Shown here: positions 1 through 13,075 of the stretch, piece by piece
How positions within the stretch are numbered: the stretch's first letter is position 1
Layout: every line of letters begins with the position of its first letter
DNA from: Octopus sinensis
Taxonomy: Eukaryota
DNA length: 64,000 bases
Reading direction: 5' to 3'
Assembly: GCF_006345805.1 (NCBI RefSeq)
Contig: NC_043015.1
Span: 44,516,001-44,580,000, forward strand
Notes under the pieces: generated by a model
The model's database searches: none
Seen by the model: only the letters and a program-made list of their open reading frames with translations
Told to the model about the DNA's origin: nothing
Program-made: the position numbers and the translations under genes

Positions 1-339
1 TTTGAAGTAAGTTTTCAAATCAGTCAATATAGGAATCGAATATTATTCAGGTAAAGCTAATATTTTTTTCTTGCTGCATTTGCTGCTGTTGTTGCTGATG
101 GTGCCAATTTTGGTCGTGGCGGTGTTTTTGTTTTCATGCTGTTTTCCATAATATGCTGTCGTAAGTAAACTAGACTTTATTTTAAAGATATACATATTGA
201 TGATTGAAAAGAAGGAATCTCCATTTCCTTGTGTAAACACTTTTCTTTTCTTGTTTGTCCTCCTGTGCACATGTATGAGTGTTCAACACATCTAGATATG
301 TGTGGGTTTGTATGTAAATATATATATATATATGTATAT

Positions 340-456
340 AATTATTATTTGAAGGAATAAAATCCAAACTTAACAAGGAAAAAAATTCAATTTTAGAAAT
401 ACTAAGTCAAATTTCACACAATAAAATATATATAATATATATATATATATATTATA

Positions 457-514
<58 letters not shown>

Positions 515-604
515 ATATATATTATATTGTGTGGAATTTGACTTAGTATTCTAAAATTGAATTTTTTTCTTGTAAATTTGGATTTTATCCTTCAAATAAT
601 AATT
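340..604. repeat. Inverted repeat pair (about 80-85 nt arms, 340-424 and 525-604) around a (TA)n array
   Basis: aattattatttgaaggaataaaatccaaac...actaagtcaaatttcacacaata is the near reverse complement of tattgtgtggaatttgacttagtattc...ggattttatccttcaaataataatt. Confidence 0.85.
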
Positions 605-683
605 TTGTAGATGGTGTAATGATTGTCAATTTTGATTGATAAAAGGTGTTTTTTTTTCTAATTTTACGTATATATATATATGT

Positions 684-733
<50 letters not shown>

Positions 734-1891
734 TATGTGTGATATGTGCGTGCAATTAAATGTCATATATAGTGCAATCATATGGTGTTGTGCATGTTGT
801 GTGTAACCAGCGTAGTATTGCTGAAGGTAAGACTCAATCTTTCAACTAATAACTCAGAGAATATATCTCTGGCAAAATAATATTTAACGAAATATCCAGT
901 CATCCTTTTTACGTATGGATTGACATAACACCTTTAGGAAAGTACTTTCGCAATTGTTTTTCTACTTTCGTAATTGTTTTCTGCCTTTGTTCCAAATGCA
1001 CTTTATCCTCACCCTATATTAGAGGTTATAGCATTGTAAAACCAAAGTTTTTCGCTGATATGCATTTTAGAATTTGCTTGTGATTTTAGAATATAAACGA
1101 GATAAAGTGTATTGAGTTTCAATGTAATTGCTCTCACACAGCAATTCATAAGGTTACAAACATATATGTATATGAGTATTTATCTATCCATTTATCACTC
1201 CTTCTTTCTCTCTCTGTCGCTCACTGCCTCTGTCTCTTTCTAAATATTAGTCTGTGAGCATCACGCGCAATTTAAAACACAAGCCCCCCACTAAATACTT
1301 TGTATGTAATCACAGTGTCCGCTCGATAAATTGAGCCATTGCTTAGCTGTTAAGTTATGTTTTGCCGAGCGATACACGCATCCTATTATGACTAAACTAA
1401 TCTTTTACTAAATCAAAATAAATTTGTTATATTACAACTCCGCTCTGTATGTAACGCGATCATATAAATCAAGGTTTCTGAACTGATACTTACTCTCACT
1501 CAACCACTTCTGGTCTATTGGTAATAAATTCAGAATAAACGGATATTTGATTTTCTTTCTATTTATTCTTCAATATGTGAAACAGGAAAGAAAATTAAAA
1601 GGAGATGTCACTTATAAAACCTTAGCTTGTATATTATAAATTCCAAACAGTTATTTATGATTTGATAAATTTCCCGCATGAAACTTCCTAAACGAATTAG
1701 TGAGTAGAGACAATTATCTATTACTTCTTATATCCATGCATAAAATACTCCAGGAAAGTTGATTTAAGTGATATTTCCAAGTATGTTTGAAATTTTGAAT
1801 TCCTCTGCGTTAACGACAACTCGATGTTAAACAGATATTACATTATAAAGTGTGTTTCTAAACGTGACTGAAAATTATGGGGTAAACATAA

Positions 1892-2264
1892 CTCTCTTTT
1901 ACTCTTTTACTTGTTTCAGTCATTTGACTGTGGCCATGCTGAAGCACCGCCTTTAGTCAAGGAAATCGGCCTCCAGGACTTATTCTTTTGCCGAAACGCT
2001 AAGTAAAGGGGAGGTAAACACACCATCATCGGTTGTCAAGCGATGTTGGGATGGGGACGAAAACAGACACAGAAACATATACATGTATATGTACATGTAT
2101 ACGACGGGCTTCTTTCAGTTTCCGTCTACCAAATCCACTCTCAAGGCTTTGGTCGGCCCGAGGCTATAGTAGAAGACACTTGTCCATGGTGCCACGTAGT
2201 GGGACTGAATCCGGAACCATGTGGTTGGTAAGCAAGCTACTTACCACACAGCCACTCCTGCGCC
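1892..2264 (-). mobile_element. tRNA-headed SINE, family A, full length with internal TA/TG tract
   Basis: Reverse complement starts ggcgcaggagtggctgtgtggtaag (A-box), has ggttcagtcc (B-box-like) and ends gactgaaacaagtaaaagagtaaaagag; matches copies at 29776, 41436 and 44761. Confidence 0.9.
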
Positions 2265-2434
2265 TATGTAACTTGAAATATATGTTGAATCTAAAATCCT
2301 AAAAAATATTGGTGAAAAAGTTCACAATTTCTATATATATACACCTGGTCTGGTTCTACGCAAATCAAACGATCCAACTTATAGCGTTTCTTATACTTTG
2401 ACGTACCTTGTACATAAGATTACAGACGTGCATC

Positions 2435-2484
<50 letters not shown>

Positions 2485-2545
2485 CATACACACACACACA
2501 TGTATGCTTATATGTATGTATGTATCTATCTATCTATCTATCTAT

Positions 2546-3629
2546 TGGCACCGCGAGTGTCGCGTTGCTCTCAAGCAACTCTGCCGTCCTGGGTCGACCT
2601 TAAGTGACTTCAACACAACCAAAGCATTCTATAGGGGTTTAGTGGAGGGGAGGTACGACGACGAGCTCGGGGCGAACATGGACGTCGACGAGGAGTACCT
2701 GACCCGCCTGTTCAGGACGACTTTCGGGCCAGGGCCCATGGACAACTTCCAGAGATCCCTGGCCTGGCAGTGCTACCGAGAAGCGCTACCCGTTCGGGAT
2801 AAGCTCTACAGACACGGCTCGAGAAAACACGGGGCCGACCTGCCCGAGATGCGGTCAGAGCGACGAAACCGTTCTGCACGCACTCGTTCAGTGTCCAACA
2901 ATTTCCGACCTGTGGGCTTATGTCGAACAACTGCTGTCACGTGTGGGACGAGTCGGTTTATCAGCTGAGTCTATCGTCAATATTGTCACGCCTCCTTCCT
3001 TCAAACGGGAAGGAAGAGCTATTTTCATATCCTTGTGGCTATGGCGAAAGAATGTATCTGGTGGACGCGTCTGAAAGGATTGGAGACAAACACTTTCCTC
3101 TCTGGTCAATCTCTCATCAACTTCTTCAAGTACCACTTGAAAAGGAAAGTGAGAGTAGAGAGGCAAGTTTTGTCTAGCGAATGTTTTAAAAAAAGATGGG
3201 TGAATGTAGCAAGAATGGCACGTATGAATGACGAAGCCACCTTGAGCATAGTCCTATGAACCCAGAAATCGAAAACAGAGAGTTGCTTATTGCAAAAAAA
3301 AAAAAAAAAAAGAAATATAAAATGTGACTTCATTGACCGAGGTTACCGTGGTCTTTTCCGTAGGCTTTTCTTTCCACGGGTAAACCTCACCTGTCCTCCC
3401 CTTTACACTTCATATTGACATTTCTGTGATAACGATCCCTATTAATCAATTTTTTTTCCTCTCCCCCTTTTTTTTTAACCCCCCTTTTTTTGTCCTCTTT
3501 CTCTCCTTTTACGATCCCTTTTGATCGAAACTCCCCTTTCCTTTTTTTTTTTTTTAAACCTTCAACAAGAAAAAGCTTACCTTGTAATTTGTTCTATCTG
3601 TGTGCAGCCCTGTGTGGCTAATAAAGAAA
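2546..3629 (+). mobile_element. 5'-truncated Tx1/L1-group non-LTR retrotransposon: ORF2 C-terminus with zinc knuckle plus 3' UTR
   Basis: Correcting two 1-nt frameshifts (~2826, ~3031) gives SLAWQCYREALPVRDKLYRHGSRNTGPTCPRCGQSDETVLHALVQC (C-x2-C-x8-H-x4-C, 2841-2894)...IWWTRLKG...ERQVLSSECFKKRW...SIVL*, stop 3257-3259; pyrimidine-rich 3' UTR ending aataaagaaa; GC-rich relative to flanks. Confidence 0.85.
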
Positions 3630-4001
3630 CATATCTATCTATTTATCTGTCTGTCTGTCTAGAAAATATATAACTAAATTATATAGAAGCAATTAGTCAT
3701 ATTATATTTCGCCTCGCTGGATGAATCGGTTTCAGATCTATAATTTGTTATGAATAATAGTCTTTTGCTAGAATTCTATAGTCCAACACCATACACGTCA
3801 TATGAATATGTTTTCCGTAATTCAGTCAGAGCTTTAAACACAACTCCGTCATCATAATTGCCGAGAGTGTGGTATGAAATTGTATGAAGTTTCGTACAAT
3901 GCGACGTGTCTGCAAGATCTCTTTTTGACAATAGAAGAAATCAACCGGGGATTGATTTTCTGTTTATTGTTTGTCTTCGCTACAAGAATTACATAGTAAC
4001 T

Positions 4002-4386
4002 GGAGGCGCAATGGCCCAGTGGTTAGGGTAGCGGACTCGCGGTCATAGGATCGCGGTTTCGATTCCCAGACCGGGCGTTGTGAGTGTTTATTGAGCGAAA
4101 ACACCTAAAGCTCCACGAGGCTCCGGCAGGGGATGGTGGTGATCCCTGCTGTACTCTTTCACCACAACTTTCTCTCACTCTTATTTCCTGTTTCTGTTGT
4201 ACTTGTATTTCAAAGGGCCGGCCTTGTCACTCTCTGTGTCACGCCGAATATCCCCGAGAACTACGTTAAGGGTACACGTGTCTGTGGAGTGCTCAGCCAC
4301 TTACACGTTAATTTCACGAGCAGGCTGTTCCGTTGAATCGGATCAACCGGAACCCTCGTCGTCGTAAGCGACGGAGTGCTTCCACC
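4002..4386 (+). mobile_element. tRNA-headed SINE, family C, full length, 12-bp TSD
   Basis: Head ggaggcgcaatggcccagtggttagg...gtttcgattccc; TSD acatagtaactg at 3991-4002 and 4387-4398; near-identical to 36879 and 53697. Confidence 0.92.
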
Positions 4387-6728
4387 ACATAGTAACTGTA
4401 TTTTCTGAAATAATTTATAACCAAAGCATCTCTGATCTATACTTGTATGCGTACAAATGGCTGACTGAAATTTGTGTTTGCCGTGTACGCACATTCCTGT
4501 TACGAATCAGTGAATGATTAATTCCTTTTAGATATATATTGTTTTCCGGATCTAGTCCTCATTCGCAAAATGAACTGCGCCTCCTTCCTTAATTTTGCTC
4601 TGATTGCTTTTAATTTTGGTGTATCGGTGCAACACTGACTTTTGATTACGATCAACCAATTACTTCATCTCGTAAATTAAAAAAAATCTGATGTTATTTC
4701 GAATTAAATTTGGGAAATTTGAATAATTTTAGCCAATCAACAAAAATGTGGCTTTAGCAGCTTGTTACCATGACAGCCATGCTGTGTTGTGGTTCTCTGT
4801 TGTCTGTGCCACTGTTGTCTATGTTGATTTTTCACACTTGATTCTTCACACCACGAGATTCTTTCACCCGATATTTTGTTTTAATTTTTCTGTATAATTA
4901 CAGATAATTACGTATTTTTTTACAAATAATTACATTTTACCAAAAATAATTACATACAAATAATTACATATTTGTTGTGCTTTTTCTCTGTGTTAGTATT
5001 TTTACATATTTTTCATTTCATATATTTTTGGGACTCATTGACTCAGATAGCTGGATTTATGATTTCACTAGGTTAATTCTATTCATAAAAATTTTAATTT
5101 GGAGTATTACTTAAACCGTTAGCTTCACATTTCAACAGCTCGACTAAAATTTAGCCCACGTAACAGGAACAGAGAGGGATATCATGGAACAGAGGAACTA
5201 TGGATGATACCGCTAATTTGACACTACTTTTGAATAATCTGCGTGAAAAAACATTTTGTTGACCAGTGTTATTCTTATCGTAGTTTACAAATCCAAGCAA
5301 GAAAACTTTAGTCTACTTTAGAGCTTTGGAGACAGACGCCCCCTTTTCACACACACACACGTACACATACATTTACTTATATATTAATGATGTTCATAAA
5401 TACATGGCAAGTATATATAATACTGAAAAAGCATAAACTTAACAGAAGCAGACAAATATATTAATATAGTATATTTTTTAAATGATTAAAAAATACTATG
5501 AATGAAGAGAGAAAAGAAACAGTAAGATGATACATGTTTATTTAGAAACCTACAATGAACAGGTCAGTCGCTAAACTATAAATTTCACAGGGTACAAACT
5601 TAAAGTTGTCAACGTTTCGCTAAATGCAGAAAATTTCTTTCTCGCTATTGACGCTATCGGCTAGAAAAATCCAGTGATTTCGATTTTTAAACCTCTGCAA
5701 AGTTTTTTCTCCATTTTCTTTCTCCACAACATCATACCTGCAAAGCAATGAGATTGGCAGGCTACATTATTATGGCCGATTTTCAGATTTTTTACTTCCT
5801 TTTAAAAACTGCCTATTTTGCGAATGACAAAAACTAGATCCGTTTTCCTTGCTGAATTGTTCGACAAAATCTCTCCAAATCTCATGCCATAATCGCACAA
5901 GTTAAAGCAAACTTATATTTGGTAATGATGGCTAAATAACTAGGTATATATTTAGATATATACGATCATATTTTAACGAAACTCAGAATGAAGTGCACTG
6001 CTTTGGTATGATCGTCATTAAACTAAATTATGCTTTCGTCACTATTTTCACATTAATATGCATATGTCAACTGCCACTGAGATAGATGACTTTGCCGTTC
6101 ATCCCTCGGGATCGATAAAATAAGTAGAATTTGAGTTATCTGCTAGCTTGCTCCCTAAAAATTTCAGGCCTTGTACCTATAGTGGAAACTAGTATTTATA
6201 TATTGAATTATTTGGCAATTGGCATTATCATTTATGCCATGATATGTACATAGGTTCTTTGGGAAGGAACAGAGTATGATTATAATCTTTATTTTCGTTT
6301 ACGTTTTCATGTCTAGCTTCAAGAGTTGCACGTCTAAGCAGAGAGAGATAGAGAGAGAGAGAAAGCGTGAACGAGAGAGAGAAAAAAGAAGACGCAAAAG
6401 AGACAAACAGAGGGAGATGAAAGAAGGAAGGAGAGAAAGGTGAAGAAAGACAGTGAGAGCGAGAGAGTGAAGTTGGGAAAGATCTGATAACTGAAATTAC
6501 GTGTCGGACTTAATTAGATTAATGCCATAAACGTGAACGTTATAAAATCATTAGATAATTTTTGAAATGTGGCGATGACAGTAAAGATTTATCAAAGCAC
6601 TATGACGTGTCTCTTGATTTTCCTTTTAGCAATAAAGAAAAAACAAAATTCACATTCAAGAGATTACGTCTGCTTTTGCTTTTTTGTTTAAATCATTGGA
6701 CATCTAACTGTTAATATGATTACCAACG

Positions 6729-6760
6729 TAATAATAATAATAATAATGATAATAATAATA

Positions 6761-6812
<52 letters not shown>

Positions 6813-6912
6813 TAATAATAATAGTAATAATAATAATAATAATAATAATGATAATAATAATAATAATAATAATAATATTATAATAATAATAATAATAATA
6901 GTAATAATAATA

Positions 6913-6948
<36 letters not shown>

Positions 6949-7091
6949 GTAATAACACTATTACTACTACTACTACTACTACAACTACTACTACTACTAC
7001 TACTAATAATAATAATAGTAATAATAATAATAATAGTGATAATAATATGATAATAATAATAGTAATAGTAATAATAATAATAATAATAATA

Positions 7092-7166
<75 letters not shown>

Positions 7167-7264
7167 TAATAATGATAATAATAACAATAATAATAGTAAT
7201 AATAATAATAGCAATAATAATAATAATAATAATAATAAAAATAATAATCATATTAATAATAATA

Positions 7265-7317
<53 letters not shown>

Positions 7318-7366
7318 AATAATATTAATAGTAATAATAATAATAGTAATAATAATAATAATAATA
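6729..7366. repeat. (AAT)n microsatellite with embedded (TAC)n
   Basis: Direct reading; source of the poly-I/L/Y ORFs. Confidence 0.98.
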
Positions 7367-8329
7367 CCCGATTATAAATAACTGATGTGATGGTGATAAA
7401 TGTAACAACAATAAAGATAATATCAGTAATCAATTAAAATACGCAATATCAATATTATCAGTTCGTTTATGAGTTGTTTTCTGTTAATAATGTTGATATT
7501 GATATCGTTTGATGTTCGCAAATATTAATGATGCGACGACATGTTAATTTCTATAAATGTAGTAATGACTTGATATTTAGCCAAATATCTAAAGTATCCA
7601 AATAAATTTCATTTCGATTATAATAATATTTTACAGCAGATTTTAATGAGCGAGATCTTCAACTCTTTGGTTAATGATATGCTTGGAGGTTACACGATTT
7701 ATCACAGCATTCAATACTATGATCTTGTGAAAAATTTGACAGGTTTATGCTGCTCTGTAACCGGTGCATAATTAAATGCAGTTTGAATTAGAATCGTAGC
7801 CACAATATGTATTTGATTCCTGTATCTAATTGCCTCCTTTTTTTTTCTTTTTTTCGCAATCTTGAAAATTTTCGTAAGTGAAACATAAAGTCCTGAGAGT
7901 TATCATAAACCTTCAGTAATTGAAAGGATCTTACTATAGTTCACAAGATATTTTATTATTGAACGCTATTATTATAAGTTTTCAACTTATTCCAATTGAA
8001 ATTGGCCTTGAATACAATGAGATCACAAAACCTTCACGTAACACTATCCTCTGCAAAGGAGAATTTATTTTCCCATTAATGTCATGTTACTTGAAAGTCG
8101 ATGAACATTGAAATATAATAAAAATTAAGCTTCTCCTTCTTGCAGAGCTCATTCGGCTTTATTTTAATAATCATAGCGTGTTTCAGAGGCAAATTCTGCC
8201 TTTACAATTGATATATCCCTGTCTGATATCGTGTTTATATGTGTCTATATATATATACACACATAACGTCAGCTTTTGCTTTTTCTTTACTCATTGGGCA
8301 TGTATCTGTTAATATGATTACCGAAGAGC

Positions 8330-8370
<41 letters not shown>

Positions 8371-8375
<5 letters not shown>

Positions 8376-8585
8376 TAATCCAAACAAGAAAGCACAAAAA
8401 AAACACAACAACGCGAGGACGCGGAACAAATATAGTATTATTGGACGCTCAGGAAAGAAGGAAAGAAGGAGGGTCTAACGTTTTGAGCGGAGCTCTTCGT
8501 CGGAAACATAGGAGAAGGAAAGATCCAGAGAAGGGAAGACAGAGGAAAAAATCGCCAACGGTACACACGCGGTCACATTTTGAAT
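8371..8585 (-). mobile_element. Penelope-type terminal-repeat fragment (family P1) with decayed hammerhead core
   Basis: Matches 22865-23079 and 28911-29127; begins at a (TA)n end; minus strand reads tgttt-CCGACGA-agagctccgctc-AAAAC-gtt, both core motifs mutated. Confidence 0.65.
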
Positions 8586-8664
8586 GACCGGGAGGAATGT
8601 TGTCTATTGACTTTATTACGCATTCTGGCCACCGGTATGAAAATTTAGAGAAATTTTCTACCCT

Positions 8665-8695
<31 letters not shown>

Positions 8696-10848
8696 CTGTG
8701 TTTCATATGTTTCATGCGTATAATGATTGTGTAAATACGTATATATTTTTGAAAACTCGGTAACCATGAACAAATAAAATACAGGCGAATTATATCACGG
8801 AAGAAAAAGCTGCAAAAAATAAAGACTGCAGTCGACTGCAGTTTAAATCATGACATATTTTGCTTCAACAATTATATTTTATGAGTCTTTTTTTTGTTAA
8901 TTTGTTTGGTTGGGTATATGCATATTTATGTAAGATGCTTTTATTTGTATATGTAATTCAATGCATCTAGTTTTTATCAACCACCTAATTCAAACTCACC
9001 GGAATCGGAAATTGAAGTTTAATATGCAGAATTATTCAACATTTTGTAAAAGTGTAACTACATGTATTATTCAAATGAAACTTCACTTCTTTTTGTTTGG
9101 GGAGAAAAGAAAGTGCTGATAATACTTTATGCCAGTCAAAGCATGCTTTTTACGAACTACACAATCATTTTATTTACATAAAGAGACCTGAACGAAGACA
9201 GCATGAGATAAGATGATATTCCTTTTCCACTGTCAAGTAATCAGAAATCGTGCATGTTTTTACATGAACGAACCTCTGTTCTTTTTTTTATAAATCGAAA
9301 GAAATTTCTTGTGCACCGAGTGGATTCGTGACAAACGTAATCTTTGTAGAATAACTGCTTCGCTTGGTACAACATTTGCTTCAATTATGTGCAAAATTAT
9401 TCTGATGAAACGCATTTGCCGGGGGAATCGAGCCAAAGTTTGTGTCATGCAACATTTCTTTGGTTTTCTGCCAAAATATATTTTTATGGAAAACGATCTG
9501 AAATATTAAAAAGAAAACAAAATGAAAAAAATGTATACATTTTTGGTCTAATTATGGAACGTACACGAATAAGTTAGATAGCACCCTGCATTAAATAAAA
9601 GAATACACGTTGTAACTTGTAGATTATAAACACGAAATTTCGGTGAGAAATGAATTTAAAAGAGAAATTCGATATTAAAAATCAAGCAGAAAGTGTTAAT
9701 ATAATTTGGCAATAAATGAAAGAGATGCAAGCAATGTGCAATTGATACGATAATATAAGAAGCTGATTCGCATATTACATTAATGTTTCCTTCAAGTATA
9801 AATCTAAAAATATACATAAATATCACTCACTAGTCTCTTCTTTATCCTCGGCAGGAAAAAAATGTGGACACTGCCATTCGATGCAGCAACTGTTTTGCCA
9901 GAGCAGAGAAACAGAGGTCTTATACTTAGAGCATATAACAGAGCTGTTGAAATAGGCAAAAAGCTGTTAGAATAGGTTATTCGTTTCTTCTTTTATTCTT
10001 GTTCTTGCATAAGTTATTGTACAATGGCCCTTTTGCTCACCACTTCCGAGTGTTAAGTCGAACAAATGGGCACCAATGCACTTTAGATTTAGGCCTGGCC
10101 CTTATTTTGTCAGTTACTTTTCCCAAACCCCTAAGTTACGGAGTCATAAACAAACTGACATCGTTAGTAAAGAGTAGTTGGGAAAACACAAACATGGGTA
10201 CACATGAAAATATTACGGGTTTCACAAAAATTTTGTTTACCGAATTCACTCAAAAGATAACAGGAAATTCTGAACTATAGAAGAAGATCCTTGTCCAAGT
10301 TGCTGCGCATCTGGACTGCATCAGAAACCACGTGTCTGCAAGGCGACAAGCAAATAACAGAAACCTAGGCAGCGAAGAGTCGAAAACCATTTATGGTATA
10401 AATAGCTACGATACTTGTTGACTGAATTATAGAAGATTACAATCAAGATCAAAAAATCACACAGAACAGCTTATGTCTTATGCCTCACCCATTTGGGAAA
10501 TCTTCATGTTTTTGTGAAGCTGCAAGGAATGGTAAATTCCCTCGTTATTTTTAAAAAAAGAAATAGTGAGTGAATCCAGATAAACGCAACAGACGCACAA
10601 ATTATTCTGCTATTGGCCACCACTCAAATAAATAAAAAATTAAAAAGTAACAAACGAAACGGAGTAGTTCTGGATTCACTAATCTCCGTCCTGACGCAGC
10701 AGCTTGAATGATGCAGATATACACATATACATGACCATAAATGCATTCATACACAAAGGATCTCACACACAATCACATATACACACACGTAAATATATAC
10801 ATTTGTACATATCACACAAACCACACATATAGACATACAGTTTTGGAA

Positions 10849-10925
10849 GGCGACGAGCTAGCAGAAACGTTAATATGCCGGGCGAAATGCTTAGCGGTAG
10901 TTCGTCTGTCTTTAAGATCTGAGTT
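10849..10925 (+). mobile_element. SINE family B head fragment
   Basis: ggcgacgagctagcagaaacgttaatatgccgggcgaaatgcttagcgg matches the head of 27699 and 35507. Confidence 0.8.
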
Positions 10926-10968
10926 TATTTTCTATATATTCAACCACGTGCTTTCACAAACCAACTTT

Positions 10969-11021
<53 letters not shown>

Positions 11022-11066
11022 AAATAGTTTAGACTCATGTAACAGAAGAAAGAGAAAATGGAGTTT

Positions 11067-11352
11067 GGGAAATTAATAATTGTGTATTATTAATAGCAAA
11101 TTAATGATCATTCCTTACAGCTGTTTCAGTTAATAGTAACTGTTAACTTTATATGACCTGGGTATAATATCTTCTATAATGAATTCCTAAACACATACAA
11201 ACCATCCAAGGGTATATTTTTGCCCTCTGAAGATATTATGCGCAGGTCATATGAAGTCAATATCTAATTAATATTTACTGAGTATTAAGTGAAAGAGCTG
11301 TGAGGAATGATGATTAATTTGATGTTAATAATAAACAAGTATTTACTTCCCA
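11067..11352. repeat. Degenerate head-to-head fold-back repeat, Penelope-type
   Basis: aattaatgatcattccttacagct (11098-11122) vs agctgtgaggaatgatgattaatt (11296-11319) match 22/24 as reverse complements; atatgacctg (11151-11160) vs caggtcatat (11243-11252); outer arms also align. Confidence 0.7.
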
Positions 11353-11364
11353 CTCATCATTTCC

Positions 11365-11695
11365 TATCTCTTCTTCTTCTTCTTCTTCTTCTTCTCTTCT
11401 TCTTCTTCTTCTTCTGCTATTCTTCTTCTTCTTCTTCTTCTTCTTCTCTTCTTCTCTTCTTCCTGTTCTTCTCTTCTTCTTCTTCTTTTCTTACATATAT
11501 ATATATGCATGTATATATATTATATATTATATATTATATATATATATATATATACATAATATAATATATATATATATTATGTATTTATATATTACATATA
11601 CATATTATATACATACATATATATAATATATGTATATCTATATGTATATATGTATAAATGTATATATTTATGTATGTATACATCTGTATATATAT

Positions 11696-11745
<50 letters not shown>

Positions 11746-11780
11746 TATATATATATATATATATATTATAATAATATATA
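11365..11780. repeat. (CTT)n followed by TA-rich microsatellite
   Basis: Direct reading. Confidence 0.95.
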
Positions 11781-12440
11781 CCTATGTAGTTATCTCCTCA
11801 CGCTCTTTCATATATGCCTGTGTGTATGAATTAATGTGTATGCTTCTATGAGTATACTTAAACGTATGTATGTCTTTATATATACATGCTAAGTAACCAT
11901 ATATAAATATTTGTGTATTAATATACTGGATTTCCGCATGTGTACAAAGAACGAATATAGTGCAATGCAACGCATGTATAAAAATGTATTTGTGTGTGAT
12001 TTTGTATAGAACATACCATAACTCACGTTTTTAGGATCGATGGCAAACTGGTAGATATGTGGCTTGTATGTACTTGCACACTGAGGGATTTAAAACCAGA
12101 GAACATTAAATTCTACACAGATCTAACATAATATTCAAGAGCCATCTATACAGCATGGCCCATGAGTGAATTAAACGGTGAAGGATTAGGTTTCGGATTT
12201 AGTTTTGTTGCTTCATCAATGTACGGTGTGTGCAAGAGGAAAATATTATTGGACATAAAGTCGTGTGTGGAGCCAGATATAACATTTATGCATTATGTCA
12301 CATTCCCAGTATGAAAGTATTAGTATTCAAAATGTTCCTATATTTCCCTGTCTCTCTTTTTCTTCAGCAACACCACCGCAAAACAGACGCTTACATACGT
12401 GCATCTTTCACCTACGTCTTAATCTGACTGTCTATCTGTC

Positions 12441-12484
<44 letters not shown>

Positions 12485-12789
12485 ATACATATATACATAA
12501 TAATACATACATACTTACACACACACACATTATATATATATATATAAATAATATATATATATATATAATATATATATAAATATATAAATATATATATATA
12601 TTATATGTTATTTTTATATATGTATATATATATATATATATAAAGATATATATATACACACGGGCGTGAAGCATCAACTACTATAAAATTTGGATAATAT
12701 AAACAAACACAAACGCATACACATACAGACACACACACACATATATATACATATACACATACATCTGCGTGTGTGTGTATGTATGTCAT

Positions 12790-13075
12790 TATTCAGTTTT
12801 ATTTCGAGATTTCTTGCCAATAGAGAAAGCCGTCTTCTAACCTAGATCCAAGACACCTTCATTGGAATTTCAACGACATCAGCGAGATCACCTTGTATGT
12901 ATTTATGTATAGGTACAAATTTATGTTTGTTTTATGTATGTATGTATTTTTATGCATATAGTTGAATATGTAGACATACTTAAATAATAAACTTCTGCAA
13001 GATTTTACAGATTTTTTCAGTTCCAGAGATGGATGCTTGAATCAGTAGTCTCAGGATCGGCTTCTTCGTTTCTGG
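12790..13075. repeat. Unclassified microsatellite-flanked interspersed repeat
   Basis: Unique-looking 285-nt block between TG/TA arrays; resembles an octopus repeat I recall, unverified. Confidence 0.3.

Noticed and set aside
51-166. Possible exon ending in GTAAGT (LAAFAAVVADGANFGRGG..)
   Set aside because: The open frame has a stop just upstream and no compatible acceptor; no recognisable protein.
4002-4075. tRNA genes at SINE heads
   Set aside because: A- and B-box-like motifs continue into SINE bodies with no complete cloverleaf.
5600-5740. Minus-strand acceptor followed by YDVVEKENGEKTLQRF..
   Set aside because: Ends in a stop with no donor; no homology recognised; may be a DNA-transposon relic.
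9260-10480. Short ORFs in a non-repetitive stretch
   Set aside because: No family recognised and no consistent splice frame.
10569-10720. 12-bp inverted repeat and GAAACGGAG...CUCCGUC, a perfect hammerhead stem III plus GUC
   Set aside because: No CUGANGA (nearest is CUUGAAUGA) and no stem II; likely chance.
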